59,677 nucleotides of DNA, from IMG/VR virus record IMGVR_UViG_3300035670_000231, positions 1-59,677 of that record, one strand, 5' to 3'. The stretch is from a virus (Duplodnaviria > Caudoviricetes). The notes under the pieces are model-generated. The model did no database searches, was not told the DNA's origin, and saw only the letters and a list, made by a program, of their open reading frames with translations. This document shows, one piece after another, positions 17,592 through 26,413 of this stretch. Within the stretch, counting starts at the first letter, position 1. Every line of letters starts with the position of its first letter. The position numbers and the translations under genes were made by a program.

Positions 17592-18095
17592 TCAGGCGTC
17601 GCCCACGCCGTCCTCGGCCTTGGGCTCGCGGTCGCCGATCTTGAGGGTGAACTTCACCGGCGCGTCGCCGCCCTTGCCCGGCACCTCGACCTCGGCCGAG
17701 ACCGGCCCCCCATGGCCGTCGCGCCAGCCGCGGCGGGCCTTGAGGTAGAACATGGCGGCGATGTGGCTGGCCTTGTGCGTCTTGTCCGAGGCGATGGCCA
17801 CGAGGTTGCGCGCCACCATGAGGCCGATCCGCTCGGGCCCCTGCGCCAGCTCGTCGACGAAGTGCTTGCGCAGCGTCTCGGGGTGGATGCCGTCGGGGAA
17901 GTTGACCTGCCGGGCGATCTGCTCGTGCGTCATGCCGATGGCCGCGGCCAGCATCACGAGCTGGCGCTGGTCCGGGGTCGGCTGGAACGGCGGCGGGCCC
18001 GGCTTCTTGCGCGCAGGTTTTTTCACAGGCACGGAGGTTGCGGGTTTCGCCTTCGCCCCGGCCGTGGGCTTTCCCTTGCCTTTTGTCATTTCCAT
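17592..18095 (-). CDS. terS: Terminase small subunit
   Basis: Upstream of terL; HTH (QIAR..TLRKHF) and AAMFYLKARRGW; start approximate. Confidence 0.85.
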   Translation of the reverse strand: MEMTKGKGKPTAGAKAKPATSVPVKKPARKKPGPPPFQPTPDQRQLVMLAAAIGMTHEQIARQVNFPDGIHPETLRKHFVDELAQGPERIGLMVARNLVAIASDKTHKASHIAAMFYLKARRGWRDGHGGPVSAEVEVPGKGGDAPVKFTLKIGDREPKAEDGVGDA

Positions 18096-18105
18096 GATGT
18101 TTTGT

Positions 18106-18134
18106 TTGCGAGAGAGCGCGTCATGCGCCATAAT
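18106..18134 (+). promoter_or_regulatory. Sigma70-like promoter with operator B in spacer
   Basis: TTGCGA-17-CATAAT; AGCGCGTCATGCGCC at 18115..18129. Confidence 0.7.
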
Positions 18135-18163
18135 TGTCGCATTTCAACGGCAGGGGATCTGCA

Positions 18164-18598
18164 ATGATGATCAGGTGGAAGAGTACGCGGTTTCCGAGCG
18201 CGCAGGCGGCCGAGGCTGCGGCGGTGGCGGCGTTCGCCGATGACGGCCGGCAGGCCGTGCTCGGTGAGGACTTCGCGGTCGAGAGCGATGGCATCGGCTG
18301 GTTCTGGTGCCCGCTGGGCAAGGACGCAGTCGTGGCGGGGCGGGTGAGCCGGGCTGCTGCGGCCGAGGCGGTGGCGCTCACGGGCGAGATCCCGGCGCCG
18401 CCGGAGATCCCGGTGGACGGCAAGGCCTACACCTACGCCAAGGCGGTGGAGCGGCTCTACCGGGCGGCGGGCGATGGCGACCGCGAGGCGATCCGGCGCA
18501 GTCGGATCACGGGCGTCAGCACCTATGCGCTCCTGGTGCAGCGCTACCGCATCGCGCTCCTGGCGGCGCTGATCGTGCGCGAGCGGGGGATGGCATGA
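18164..18598 (+). CDS. Hypothetical protein
   Basis: Follows promoter; AGGGG RBS. Confidence 0.7.
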   Translation: MMIRWKSTRFPSAQAAEAAAVAAFADDGRQAVLGEDFAVESDGIGWFWCPLGKDAVVAGRVSRAAAAEAVALTGEIPAPPEIPVDGKAYTYAKAVERLYRAAGDGDREAIRRSRITGVSTYALLVQRYRIALLAALIVRERGMA

Positions 18599-19062
18599 CG
18601 CAGGACATCAAGACCCCCAGGCTGTCGGACGACCAGATAGGCCGGATCTGGTTCAAGGCCAAGGTCCCGGGGCTGGTCGAGAGCGAGGCGCGGCGGCTGA
18701 TCCGCATGGCCGAGGCGGTGCTGGCGCAGCAGCAGGAGCCCGGTGGCGTATGTGCTCGGTGCGGCGGTTGGGTCTGCGACCCGGTAGTGGCGCAGCCGGA
18801 GCAGGAGCCGGTGGCGTGGATGGTCTACACGGAGGATGGCAAGTCGGCGTATGTCACCGATAACCCGCACGATCTGGTCGGCGCGTACAAGGCGTTTGCC
18901 CTCTACACCCACCCACCCCGCCGCGAGTGGCGAAACTTGACCATGCAGGAGATCAATGCCTTGCCAGAAATCGGGGGCGTAATGTGGCGCATGGGCACTG
19001 CTCCCGCAGTGCTGCGGGCCATCCGCGCCGTCGAGGCCGCGCTGAAGGGGAAGAACGCATGA
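18595..19062 (+). CDS. Mosaic 'QEPVAW'-type phage accessory protein
   Basis: EPVAW..LYTHPP..LT..EI..AVEAALKGKN. Confidence 0.75.
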   Translation: MTQDIKTPRLSDDQIGRIWFKAKVPGLVESEARRLIRMAEAVLAQQQEPGGVCARCGGWVCDPVVAQPEQEPVAWMVYTEDGKSAYVTDNPHDLVGAYKAFALYTHPPRREWRNLTMQEINALPEIGGVMWRMGTAPAVLRAIRAVEAALKGKNA

Positions 19063-19391
19063 CTACCCTTATCATCGACCGCGCAGTGCTGGAGCAGGCG
19101 CTGGAGGCGCTGGAGCATGCGTGCGACCACACGGACGCGAAGCCTGGGTATCGGCCCAGCATCGTGTCCAAGGCTCTGCTGGGCCTGCGGGATGCGCTGG
19201 CGCTGGCTGTTCCCGAACCATTCTTCGGGGACATGCGACCAGCGGCGTATCGGTTCCGCACGCGAGGCGTCGAGGACGCGCAGTGGCGCCTCACGGACGA
19301 CCCGGAGCTGATTCGGCAGATGCTGGAACTCGGGCACTGGGAGGTCCGCCCGCTGATCGAGGCGCCCGACGTCGCCGGGGGTGCAGCATGA
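19059..19391 (+). CDS. Hypothetical accessory protein
   Basis: RAVLEQALEALE N-terminus; ATGA coupled. Confidence 0.7.
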   Translation: MTTLIIDRAVLEQALEALEHACDHTDAKPGYRPSIVSKALLGLRDALALAVPEPFFGDMRPAAYRFRTRGVEDAQWRLTDDPELIRQMLELGHWEVRPLIEAPDVAGGAA

Positions 19392-19750
19392 GTCTGCAGC
19401 TCTTCCTGAAGCACCTGCGCGAGGTGGGCCCGTCGACCGCGGCGGAGGTGGCCGAGGCGATCGGCATCAGCCCCAAGCACGCCACTGCAGCGGCGCACTC
19501 GCTGCTGCAGGACTCGCCGGTGCACGGCCAGCGGGCGCACGTCGTGGCCTACGTCTACGACCACCCGGGCGCCAAGCGCTACCCGCGCCCGGTCCTGGCG
19601 GCCGGCCCCGGCAAGTCGGTCAAGCGGCCGAAGATCGACTACAAGGCCCGCTACCAGCGCGACTACGCCAAGCGCAAGGCGCGCTCGATCAATTCGGTCT
19701 GGTCGCTGGCGGTGCCCGTCAACCAGCGGCGAAGCGCCACAAAGCTCTGA
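19388..19750 (+). CDS. HTH DNA-binding protein
   Basis: GPSTAAEVAEAIGIS; YPRPV. Confidence 0.7.
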   Translation: MSLQLFLKHLREVGPSTAAEVAEAIGISPKHATAAAHSLLQDSPVHGQRAHVVAYVYDHPGAKRYPRPVLAAGPGKSVKRPKIDYKARYQRDYAKRKARSINSVWSLAVPVNQRRSATKL

Positions 19751-19772
19751 GCGGCGGCCACAATCGGCGCCC

Positions 19773-20081
19773 ATGACGGCGCCGAGGCACCTTTACCTCC
19801 AGGCGCTGTTCGCAGCATGCCCGGGGGGAGCTACGGCAGCGCAGATCGCCATCTGGGTGGGAGACCGGCCGGAGGAGGCGCAGGCCGTGGTCGACGCATT
19901 ATGGCGGGAACGGCGGGCAGCACGCCTGCCGAACCCACGCGGCAAGGGCGTCGTCTGGCGCACCGCGCTGCGCGGCGACGGGCCGGCCGGGTTCCTCTAC
20001 GAGGCCGAGGGCGAGCCCTTCCGGGTCATCGGCGGCAAGCCCACGGTCGAGATCGCGCAGAAGCGTCGCATCAAGAGCTAG
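19773..20081 (+). CDS. Hypothetical (possibly wHTH) protein
   Basis: GATAAQIAIWVG; CACAAT 8 nt upstream. Confidence 0.6.
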   Translation: MTAPRHLYLQALFAACPGGATAAQIAIWVGDRPEEAQAVVDALWRERRAARLPNPRGKGVVWRTALRGDGPAGFLYEAEGEPFRVIGGKPTVEIAQKRRIKS

Positions 20082-20329
20082 TCCCTGATCACCCGGCAGA
20101 TCGGCTCGATCTCGCCGGTGATGCGCAGCGGAAAGCTGGGCTCCTCGTCGCTGACCATCGCCTGCAGGGTGTGCAGCACCGCGTAGATCCCGTCGGACAG
20201 GTCCATCAGCCAGCCGAGCAAGGCATGGCGCGGCTCGACGATCGGCTCATCGGTGTGCAGCAGGCCGATCCAGACCGGGCACAGGCCGAACCAGCCCTTG
20301 TGCGTCAGCATCACGATCCGGCCGCGCAC
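20078..20329 (-). CDS. Hypothetical protein
   Basis: GAGGA RBS, GTG start; THKGWFGLCPVWIG. Confidence 0.65.
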   Translation of the reverse strand: MRGRIVMLTHKGWFGLCPVWIGLLHTDEPIVEPRHALLGWLMDLSDGIYAVLHTLQAMVSDEEPSFPLRITGEIEPICRVIRD

Positions 20330-20679
20330 GGGTCCTCGATCCCGTCGATCGCCGGCAGGGGCATGCCCTGCGGCCAGCGGTCGAGCTGGCGCAGCAGCCG
20401 CACCGTCTCGCGTGTCCATGTGACCTCCATCTCGCGGCGCTCGGCCTTGGTGAACAGGGCGCCCTGGTCGAAGCGGGCGTGGCAGCCGGGCTCGCCCAGG
20501 CGCGGCGCGCAAAGGGGGAAGCACAGCCGGTCGTCTGTCTTCTGCGCCATGCCGCGGCCGGTGCTCGGGTGCGCTGCCTGGGACGGGCCGGGCCGCCCGC
20601 AGTGGATGCAGGGCAGCGCCGCGACCAGTCGGCGATAGGGCTCCGAGCGGAAGGCCAAGGACTTCGGAATGGCGATCAT
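20311..20679 (-). CDS. DUF968/Ref-like zinc-binding HNH-type nuclease
   Basis: LPCIHCG..QAAH..KTDD..PLC..CH..FD. Confidence 0.8.
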   Translation of the reverse strand: MIAIPKSLAFRSEPYRRLVAALPCIHCGRPGPSQAAHPSTGRGMAQKTDDRLCFPLCAPRLGEPGCHARFDQGALFTKAERREMEVTWTRETVRLLRQLDRWPQGMPLPAIDGIEDPCAAGS

Positions 20680-22070
20680 GCCGCCTTGCGCGCCTTCTTC
20701 TTTGGCTTGTCGGCGTCGGCGTCGGCGTTGACGATCACCTTGCCCGGGCAGCGCTCGCCGAGCATCTCGGTGAAGGTTCGCCCGTCGGCTTCGAGCACGG
20801 CGACCTTGCCGGTGAAAGCCTGCCAGCGGAGCACCGCGACGTCGACATAGCGCGGATCCAGCTCGATCGCGTGGCAGGCCCGGCCGGTCGTCTCACAGGC
20901 GATGATGGTCGTGCCGCTGCCCGAGAAGGGCTCGTAGACCGCCTGTCCCGGCGAGCTGTTGTTCTCGATCGGCCGGCGCATCGCCTCGACCGGCTTCTGC
21001 GTGCCGTGGCCGGTGTCGCTCTTGGTGTGGTCGATTTCCCAGACCGTCGATTGCGAGCGGCCGCCGGCCCATTGCGTGGCTCCGCCCTTGCGGACGGCGT
21101 AGAAGCAGCACTCGTGCTGCGGCGAGTAGCCGGCCGTCTTCAGGCTGATATTCGCAGGGCTGATCGTTGGTCGCGACTTGCGCCAGACGATCTGCGAGCG
21201 GATCTGGAACTCGCACGCCCGCAAGGACTCCTCGACCTCGAAGGCCGTGCGCATCGCGTGCCAGACGTAGGCGACGTCGCCGGTGAACAGAGCCCAGGCC
21301 TCGCGCCAGTCGGAGCGGTCGTCGTTCATCACCTGCCCGACGGCGCGCTTGGCGCTGTCGCCGCTGTAGGCCGCCTTCTCCGCACGATCCTGCGGCCGGT
21401 ACTTCACCCCGTAGGGCGGGTCGGTGACCATCAGGTGCGGCCGCACGCCCGCCAGGGCGGCGTCCACGGCCTCGACGGTCGTCGAGTCGCCGCACACCAG
21501 CCGGTGCCTGCCCAGGATCCAGACATCACCCGGGACCGACACGGGCTCGTCCGGCACGGCCGGGGCCTCGTCCGGGTCGGTGAGGCCCTCGGTGCCGGGC
21601 GGGGCGAGCAGCCCGTCGAGGAAGCCCTGGTCGAAGCCCAGGAGGCCCAGCTCGAACCCGCCCTCGGCGAGGTCGGCGATCTCGACCTTGAGCAGCTCGA
21701 TGTCCCAGCCGGCGTTCAGCGCGAGCTGGTTGTCGGCGATGACGTAGGCCCGGCGCTGCGCTTCGGTCCAGCCGGTGCAGTCGATCACCGGCACGGTGCC
21801 GCGCGGCAGGTCCTGGCCGTTGGGCAGCCGGATCGCCTTGCCGGCGTCGTAGATCCGCCGGGCGGCCAGGACGCGGCCGTGGCCGGCGACGATGCCCTGG
21901 TCGTCGGCCAGCACCGGGTTGGTGAACCCGAACTCCACCATCGAGGCCGCGATCTGCCCGACCTGGGTGTCGGAGTGGGTGCGGCTGTTGCGGGCATAGG
22001 GGATCAGGGCGTCGACCTGCATGTAGCGCATGCGGTCACCGAGCCCGGCGAGCGGTTTTTCGGAGGCCAT
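20676..22070 (-). CDS. ParB-like N-domain fused to N4/N6 DNA methyltransferase
   Basis: PYARNSRTH..AGHGR..IADNQL; TDPPY, HGTQKP, EPFSGSGT. Confidence 0.92.
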   Translation of the reverse strand: MASEKPLAGLGDRMRYMQVDALIPYARNSRTHSDTQVGQIAASMVEFGFTNPVLADDQGIVAGHGRVLAARRIYDAGKAIRLPNGQDLPRGTVPVIDCTGWTEAQRRAYVIADNQLALNAGWDIELLKVEIADLAEGGFELGLLGFDQGFLDGLLAPPGTEGLTDPDEAPAVPDEPVSVPGDVWILGRHRLVCGDSTTVEAVDAALAGVRPHLMVTDPPYGVKYRPQDRAEKAAYSGDSAKRAVGQVMNDDRSDWREAWALFTGDVAYVWHAMRTAFEVEESLRACEFQIRSQIVWRKSRPTISPANISLKTAGYSPQHECCFYAVRKGGATQWAGGRSQSTVWEIDHTKSDTGHGTQKPVEAMRRPIENNSSPGQAVYEPFSGSGTTIIACETTGRACHAIELDPRYVDVAVLRWQAFTGKVAVLEADGRTFTEMLGERCPGKVIVNADADADKPKKKARKAA

Positions 22071-22084
22071 GACTTGAGTGCGAG

Positions 22085-23146
22085 TTATTCGGCGATCTGT
22101 TGCAAAAGGGGCAGGATAGCCGCCTGCACCCTGGCATGGGCGATGGCAGCATATTGCGGATCGCGCTCCATGCCGATGAACTGGAAACCCTCCAGAACGG
22201 CCGCCTTGCCGGTGCTGCCGGATCCACAAAACGGGTCGAGCACGACGCCGCCGGGCGGCGTGACCAGTCGGCAGAGATAGCGCATCAGGTCGGTGGGTTT
22301 GACGGTGGGGTGGGTGTTGCCGTCGCTGCGGTCTGCGCGGCTGGCCTTGGCGCAGTAGAAGAACCGGGCCGCATCACCAAGCAGGTCGGCGGCTGCGTCG
22401 CCGTCGTGGATCAGGTTAGCAGGCCAGCGGCCGAGGTTTGTCATGCCGATGTGTCTGCTTCCTTGAAGCCCATCTCGGTAAACCCCGTTTCCTTGCCGGC
22501 GATCGCTGGCGATGAGCGGCCTTCCTGAGTCGGCATCGACTCTGCATCCGTCAATGTTGAGCCCGCCGGTCCCGTGCAGCAGCACGTTCTCGGCCACGGT
22601 GCCCACCAGCGGCTTGCGGGCGACGGTGATCGGCTCCAGGGCAGGCTTCAGCGCGGTGCCCCAGCCTTGCCATTGCTTTGCGGCGTCGGACCGGGGAACA
22701 GTGATGTCGCGCGCCAATGGTTGCGCGCTGCCCTTCTTCAATTTGCCGCCTCTGATGTCAATGGTGACCGTGTAAGAGCCAACAACCTCGCGCTCCGCCC
22801 CCACCGCCTTATCAATCGCCTTCGACACGTCCAGCGACTTCGGGAATCCGCTGCCGTACACCCAGGCGATCATGTCCCGAATCTCAAATCCGGCGTCTTC
22901 GATGCGCACGGCCATGCGGTGCTGCGTGCGCGTCCCTGCGAACGCCAGCAGGTGGCCGCCGGGCTTGAGCACGCGCAGGCACTCGGCCCAGATGTCCACG
23001 CTGGGCACGTCGTGGTCCCACCGCTTGCCCATGAAGGACAGGCCGTAGGGCGGATCAGTGACGACCGCGTCCACGCTCCCGTCCTGCATCTCACGAAGTA
23101 AGTGCAGGCAGTCGCCGACCATGATCTCGATGGTGGAGGTCATCAT
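22085..23146 (-). CDS. N4/N6 DNA methyltransferase (beta class)
   Basis: TDPPYG, HPTVKP, LDPFCGSGSTG. Confidence 0.93.
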   Translation of the reverse strand: MMTSTIEIMVGDCLHLLREMQDGSVDAVVTDPPYGLSFMGKRWDHDVPSVDIWAECLRVLKPGGHLLAFAGTRTQHRMAVRIEDAGFEIRDMIAWVYGSGFPKSLDVSKAIDKAVGAEREVVGSYTVTIDIRGGKLKKGSAQPLARDITVPRSDAAKQWQGWGTALKPALEPITVARKPLVGTVAENVLLHGTGGLNIDGCRVDADSGRPLIASDRRQGNGVYRDGLQGSRHIGMTNLGRWPANLIHDGDAAADLLGDAARFFYCAKASRADRSDGNTHPTVKPTDLMRYLCRLVTPPGGVVLDPFCGSGSTGKAAVLEGFQFIGMERDPQYAAIAHARVQAAILPLLQQIAE

Positions 23147-23257
23147 CGGATCGAAAGCAAACGGTAGTGCATGTGCAGGGGCGGAAGTGGGCGGCGCCGG
23201 CTCAGGCCAGCATGCCCGGAACGATAGCACCGAGCGCAGGGCCCGCACAAGCCGCAG

Positions 23258-23319
23258 GGCGCTTCATGCGCTGTTTTTTTCCGCAAACCCCTTGCAAAGT
23301 ATCATGGCCGTGATAAAGT
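23258..23319 (+). promoter_or_regulatory. Sigma70-like promoter with upstream operator B and overlapping operator A
   Basis: GGCGCTTCATGCGCT 23258..23272; TTGCAA-16-TAAAGT with TG extension; TATCAtggccgTGATA 23300..23315. Confidence 0.75.
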
Positions 23320-23353
23320 CCAACCCATCGCAACACGCAACCGGAGAGCAAAA

Positions 23354-23680
23354 ATGACCGAGCAAGAACTCGAAATCAGGCTGGCCAAGATCTACGAGCG
23401 CACGTACTTCGACATGCTTGGGTGTGGCGAAAGCGATGAGGCGGCCGAAAAGTGGGCCCGCGAAGCGGTCAAGCGGGCTCGCGGTGAATGGGAGCGGCGT
23501 GAGGTCACCCGCGAGATCGACGAGGTGGTCAACGGCCGCCGCGGCTGGGTCGCGTTGACGAAAGCTCGCGCCGCGCTCGTTGGCATCCACCACGAGTTCC
23601 TTCTCGAAACCGCCCGCCTGCGCGGCCTCAAGGTGCGCCCCCACGGCCGCTACGGCTGGACAGGCAGCCGCCCGGCCTGA
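23354..23680 (+). CDS. Hypothetical early protein
   Basis: GGAG RBS after promoter. Confidence 0.7.
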   Translation: MTEQELEIRLAKIYERTYFDMLGCGESDEAAEKWAREAVKRARGEWERREVTREIDEVVNGRRGWVALTKARAALVGIHHEFLLETARLRGLKVRPHGRYGWTGSRPA

Positions 23681-23752
23681 CCCTACCCCGCTGCCGGTGG
23701 CAGCGGCTTGCCCTGAGGCAGGCCAGTGTCACCCCTAACCCGAGCCACCACG

Positions 23753-24253
23753 ATGCCCACGAAGCTCCTCCTCGAATCCACCACCTGCGGCCGCTGCGGC
23801 GGATCCGGCCGGTTCAGCCTCAACCTCATGCACGGCAGCATCTGCTACGGCTGCAAGGGCCGCGGCGAGGTGCTCACCAAGCGCGGGCAGGCGGCGCAGA
23901 ACTGGATGAACGAGCAGCGGATGGTCGCGGCCGAGGACTTCAAGCCCGGCGACCTGCTCTACGCCGACGGCTTCTCGGCCGGTTCCTACAGCCAGCCCTC
24001 GGTCTGGGCCCGGGTGCAGGAGGTGCAGCAGATCAGCGGCGCCGAGGCCGGCTACGTCAACCAGCCCGAGCTGCGCTGCGTGCGCATCGTCACCGACAAG
24101 GGCACCTTCATCGGCTTCGCTGGCGGCACACGCTACCGGCGCGGTCAGTCGGCCGAGGCGAAGGCGGCGCTGCGCGCAGCCGCCCTGGCCTATCAGGCCA
24201 CCTTGACCAAGCTCGGCAAGCCCAGCAAGCGGGCCATGGCGGCCGCGGCCTGA
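23753..24253 (+). CDS. Zinc-finger early protein
   Basis: CGRCGGSG..CYGCKGRG. Confidence 0.8.
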   Translation: MPTKLLLESTTCGRCGGSGRFSLNLMHGSICYGCKGRGEVLTKRGQAAQNWMNEQRMVAAEDFKPGDLLYADGFSAGSYSQPSVWARVQEVQQISGAEAGYVNQPELRCVRIVTDKGTFIGFAGGTRYRRGQSAEAKAALRAAALAYQATLTKLGKPSKRAMAAAA

Positions 24254-24278
24254 TCACCACCCTTCCGCGAGACCCAAG

Positions 24279-24572
24279 ATGACCAGCCGCCCCTGCCCTG
24301 AACAATTCGACAACCTCAGCGACTACTGCGACGCCCTGCGCACGCTGCCCTGGCTGACACCGACCGAGTACGGCTACCTGCTCCAGGAAGCGTTGGCCTG
24401 GGGGGAGGAGCACCAAGCCGAGGCTGTCGCGCAGTACCGGAGCGAGGTCGCGCTCTTCGGCGACGCTGGCCCTGGTCAATGGACCGCTTTGTGCGAAGGG
24501 TCCTGCCGGCTTGCCGAGACTCGCGAGGCAATCGCCCGCGTGCGCCGCATCGTCCAGAACCTTGCCGCCTGA
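24279..24572 (+). CDS. Hypothetical early protein
   Basis: Packed in early operon. Confidence 0.6.
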   Translation: MTSRPCPEQFDNLSDYCDALRTLPWLTPTEYGYLLQEALAWGEEHQAEAVAQYRSEVALFGDAGPGQWTALCEGSCRLAETREAIARVRRIVQNLAA

Positions 24573-24597
24573 TCACCACCACCAAGGAGCCCGCACC

Positions 24598-24921
24598 ATG
24601 AACCTCGAAACCCGCCAGCGCGTCGAGCGCCAGATCGTCCGTAACCTGATCCGCACCGCCAGCCAACACGGCTTTGCCCTGGTCGCCGTCCACGATGGCG
24701 AGGAGCGCGTCCCGACCCGCACCGAGCGCGAGGCGATGGACGCGGTCTTTGCCGTGGACGAGAGCAAGATCCTGTTCCGCCACCCCGCGGAGAAGAAGGC
24801 GCACTGCGCGGTCATCATCCTCGGCAATGACGGGTGGGACTGCGTGGCCGACGCCTCCATGGGCGAGCGCTGGGATCCGGTCATCGAGGCGAACGCCACC
24901 TACGCCGACCGCTTCTGCTGA
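24598..24921 (+). CDS. Hypothetical early protein
   Basis: AAGGAG RBS; V.DGEE..ILGNDGWDCVAD. Confidence 0.8.
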   Translation: MNLETRQRVERQIVRNLIRTASQHGFALVAVHDGEERVPTRTEREAMDAVFAVDESKILFRHPAEKKAHCAVIILGNDGWDCVADASMGERWDPVIEANATYADRFC

Positions 24922-24930
24922 ACGCCCGCC

Positions 24931-25275
24931 ATGATCGCCACCCGCAACCCGCACTTCGGCTTCCACGGCACGCTGGGCGAGCATGGCCCGGCCGCTTGGC
25001 CCGTGGCCATGGCGACCATCGCCGAGCTGACCAAGGCGCCCCTGCAGGCCGTCAGGGCCTTCCTCGATAGCCGCCTGGGCCGGCACTTCGCCGACCACGT
25101 GCTCGGCCGCCTGCAGCAAGGACAACCCATCGAGCAGGCCGTGGCCACCTCGGCCGACGACTGGATGCGCTGGAGCATCGACCGCCGCACCAGCCGCGAG
25201 ACCGGCATCCCGCAGGGCCTGCCCTACCTCACCGGCTTCGTCCTTGATCAAGCGATCGCGGACGACGCCATGTGA
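24931..25275 (+). CDS. Hypothetical protein of mobile elements
   Basis: FGFHGT..VRAFLDSRLGRHFAD..GLPYLTGFV. Confidence 0.8.
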   Translation: MIATRNPHFGFHGTLGEHGPAAWPVAMATIAELTKAPLQAVRAFLDSRLGRHFADHVLGRLQQGQPIEQAVATSADDWMRWSIDRRTSRETGIPQGLPYLTGFVLDQAIADDAM

Positions 25276-25311
25276 CCATTTTTCCCACCACCCCTGAAAG
25301 CACCCGACCCG

Positions 25312-25731
25312 ATGTGGATCTGCCTTTCCGACGCCTTCTTCTCGATCGTCACCGCGCCCGGTCAGCCCGAGCACCTTCTGGTTCGTGCCCGCCGTCCCGG
25401 TGACCTGCAGCGGGTCTTCCCCGGCCATGCGGTGAAGCGCACGCCCGGACGCGACTACCTCTTCCGCGCCGTGATCCCGCGCCTCGACGTGGCCAATGCG
25501 CTGTCCGAGGCAGTCTTCGGGCTCGCCTACGGGAACTTCAAGAACTCGGTCCGCGACAACCGGCTGCACGGCGCCTATCACCGGATCTGGGACGTCATGG
25601 CCGATCTGCAGCCGTTGCCGCCCTACGCCAGCGAGCGCCGGGCCCGTCGCCAGGACCGGTTCGTGGCGCATGAGCGCGAGACGAACCTGGGCGCCACCTT
25701 CGACTGGGCCGTCCCAGGCCTCAAGGACTGA
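25312..25731 (+). CDS. Hypothetical phage protein
   Basis: MWI...FFSIV..LLVRAR..DYLFRA..YGNFK. Confidence 0.8.
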   Translation: MWICLSDAFFSIVTAPGQPEHLLVRARRPGDLQRVFPGHAVKRTPGRDYLFRAVIPRLDVANALSEAVFGLAYGNFKNSVRDNRLHGAYHRIWDVMADLQPLPPYASERRARRQDRFVAHERETNLGATFDWAVPGLKD

Positions 25732-25836
25732 CCTCGTCCGCCCGGAGTAGAACTCGGCCAGCCGGTCCAGGCCGTCGCGCGGCAGCTCGATGCCCTGGCG
25801 CGCCGGCAGGCCGGCCGGCCCCCGCCGGCATCTCGT

Positions 25837-25986
25837 TCACGCCGGCGCCTTGACCGGCAGCGGGTCGTCCTGCCCCTTCGGGCAGAGCCGCTCGGCGGGC
25901 TCGTCGCGGCTGCTCGGCGCCACGTGGTGCGCGCACCCGGTCCGTGCCCGGCACCAGCCGCCCAGGCAGGGCACGACGGGCGTCAC
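25837..25986 (-). CDS. Small Cys-rich protein (49 aa, absent from track)
   Basis: PCLGGWCRARTGCAHH..ERLC; GTGA coupled. Confidence 0.55.
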   Translation of the reverse strand: MTPVVPCLGGWCRARTGCAHHVAPSSRDEPAERLCPKGQDDPLPVKAPA

Positions 25987-26189
25987 GGGCGGCACAGGGC
26001 GTCCACCCAGTCGAGCTGGTGCGGTCCTGCCAGGGCCGGGCTGCTAGGCCGCGTGGGGCGCCGTCTCGGGCGCTGCGCCAAGCCGGCGATGACGGCGCAC
26101 TTCGGGCCCCAGCAGACGATATTGCCGTCGCTGAGCGTGACCATGGCCCGGGGCTTAAACACGGGTTTGCCACAGCGGACGCACTTCAT
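25983..26189 (-). CDS. Small zinc-finger protein
   Basis: MKCVRCGK..WGPKCA; GGAGG RBS. Confidence 0.7.
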   Translation of the reverse strand: MKCVRCGKPVFKPRAMVTLSDGNIVCWGPKCAVIAGLAQRPRRRPTRPSSPALAGPHQLDWVDALCRP

Positions 26190-26413
26190 GCCCCGGCCTC
26201 CTGCTGCTGGCGGTAGAGCCGGACGACGCTGTCGCGCAGCGCCTTGGCCGCCGCCTCTCCGTTGCGCTTGGCGAAGGCCGCGTAGAACGCCAGCCGGTTG
26301 TCCCGCGGCCGCTGCAGCAGCGTCCGGGCGAGGCACTCCTCGCGCCACTCCTGGCTGTAGTTCGACACCTCCCGGCCGCAGGCCAGGGTGACGGTGCGCT
26401 CGCCCAGTCTCAC
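26186..26413 (-). CDS. Hypothetical phage protein
   Basis: SQEWREECLAR..KRNGEAAAKAL; coupled. Confidence 0.7.
   Translation of the reverse strand: MRLGERTVTLACGREVSNYSQEWREECLARTLLQRPRDNRLAFYAAFAKRNGEAAAKALRDSVVRLYRQQQEAGA

Noticed and set aside
25721-25840. Small minus-strand gene at the convergence of two operons
   Set aside because: No consistent frame with a start and stop; possibly a remnant but unsupported
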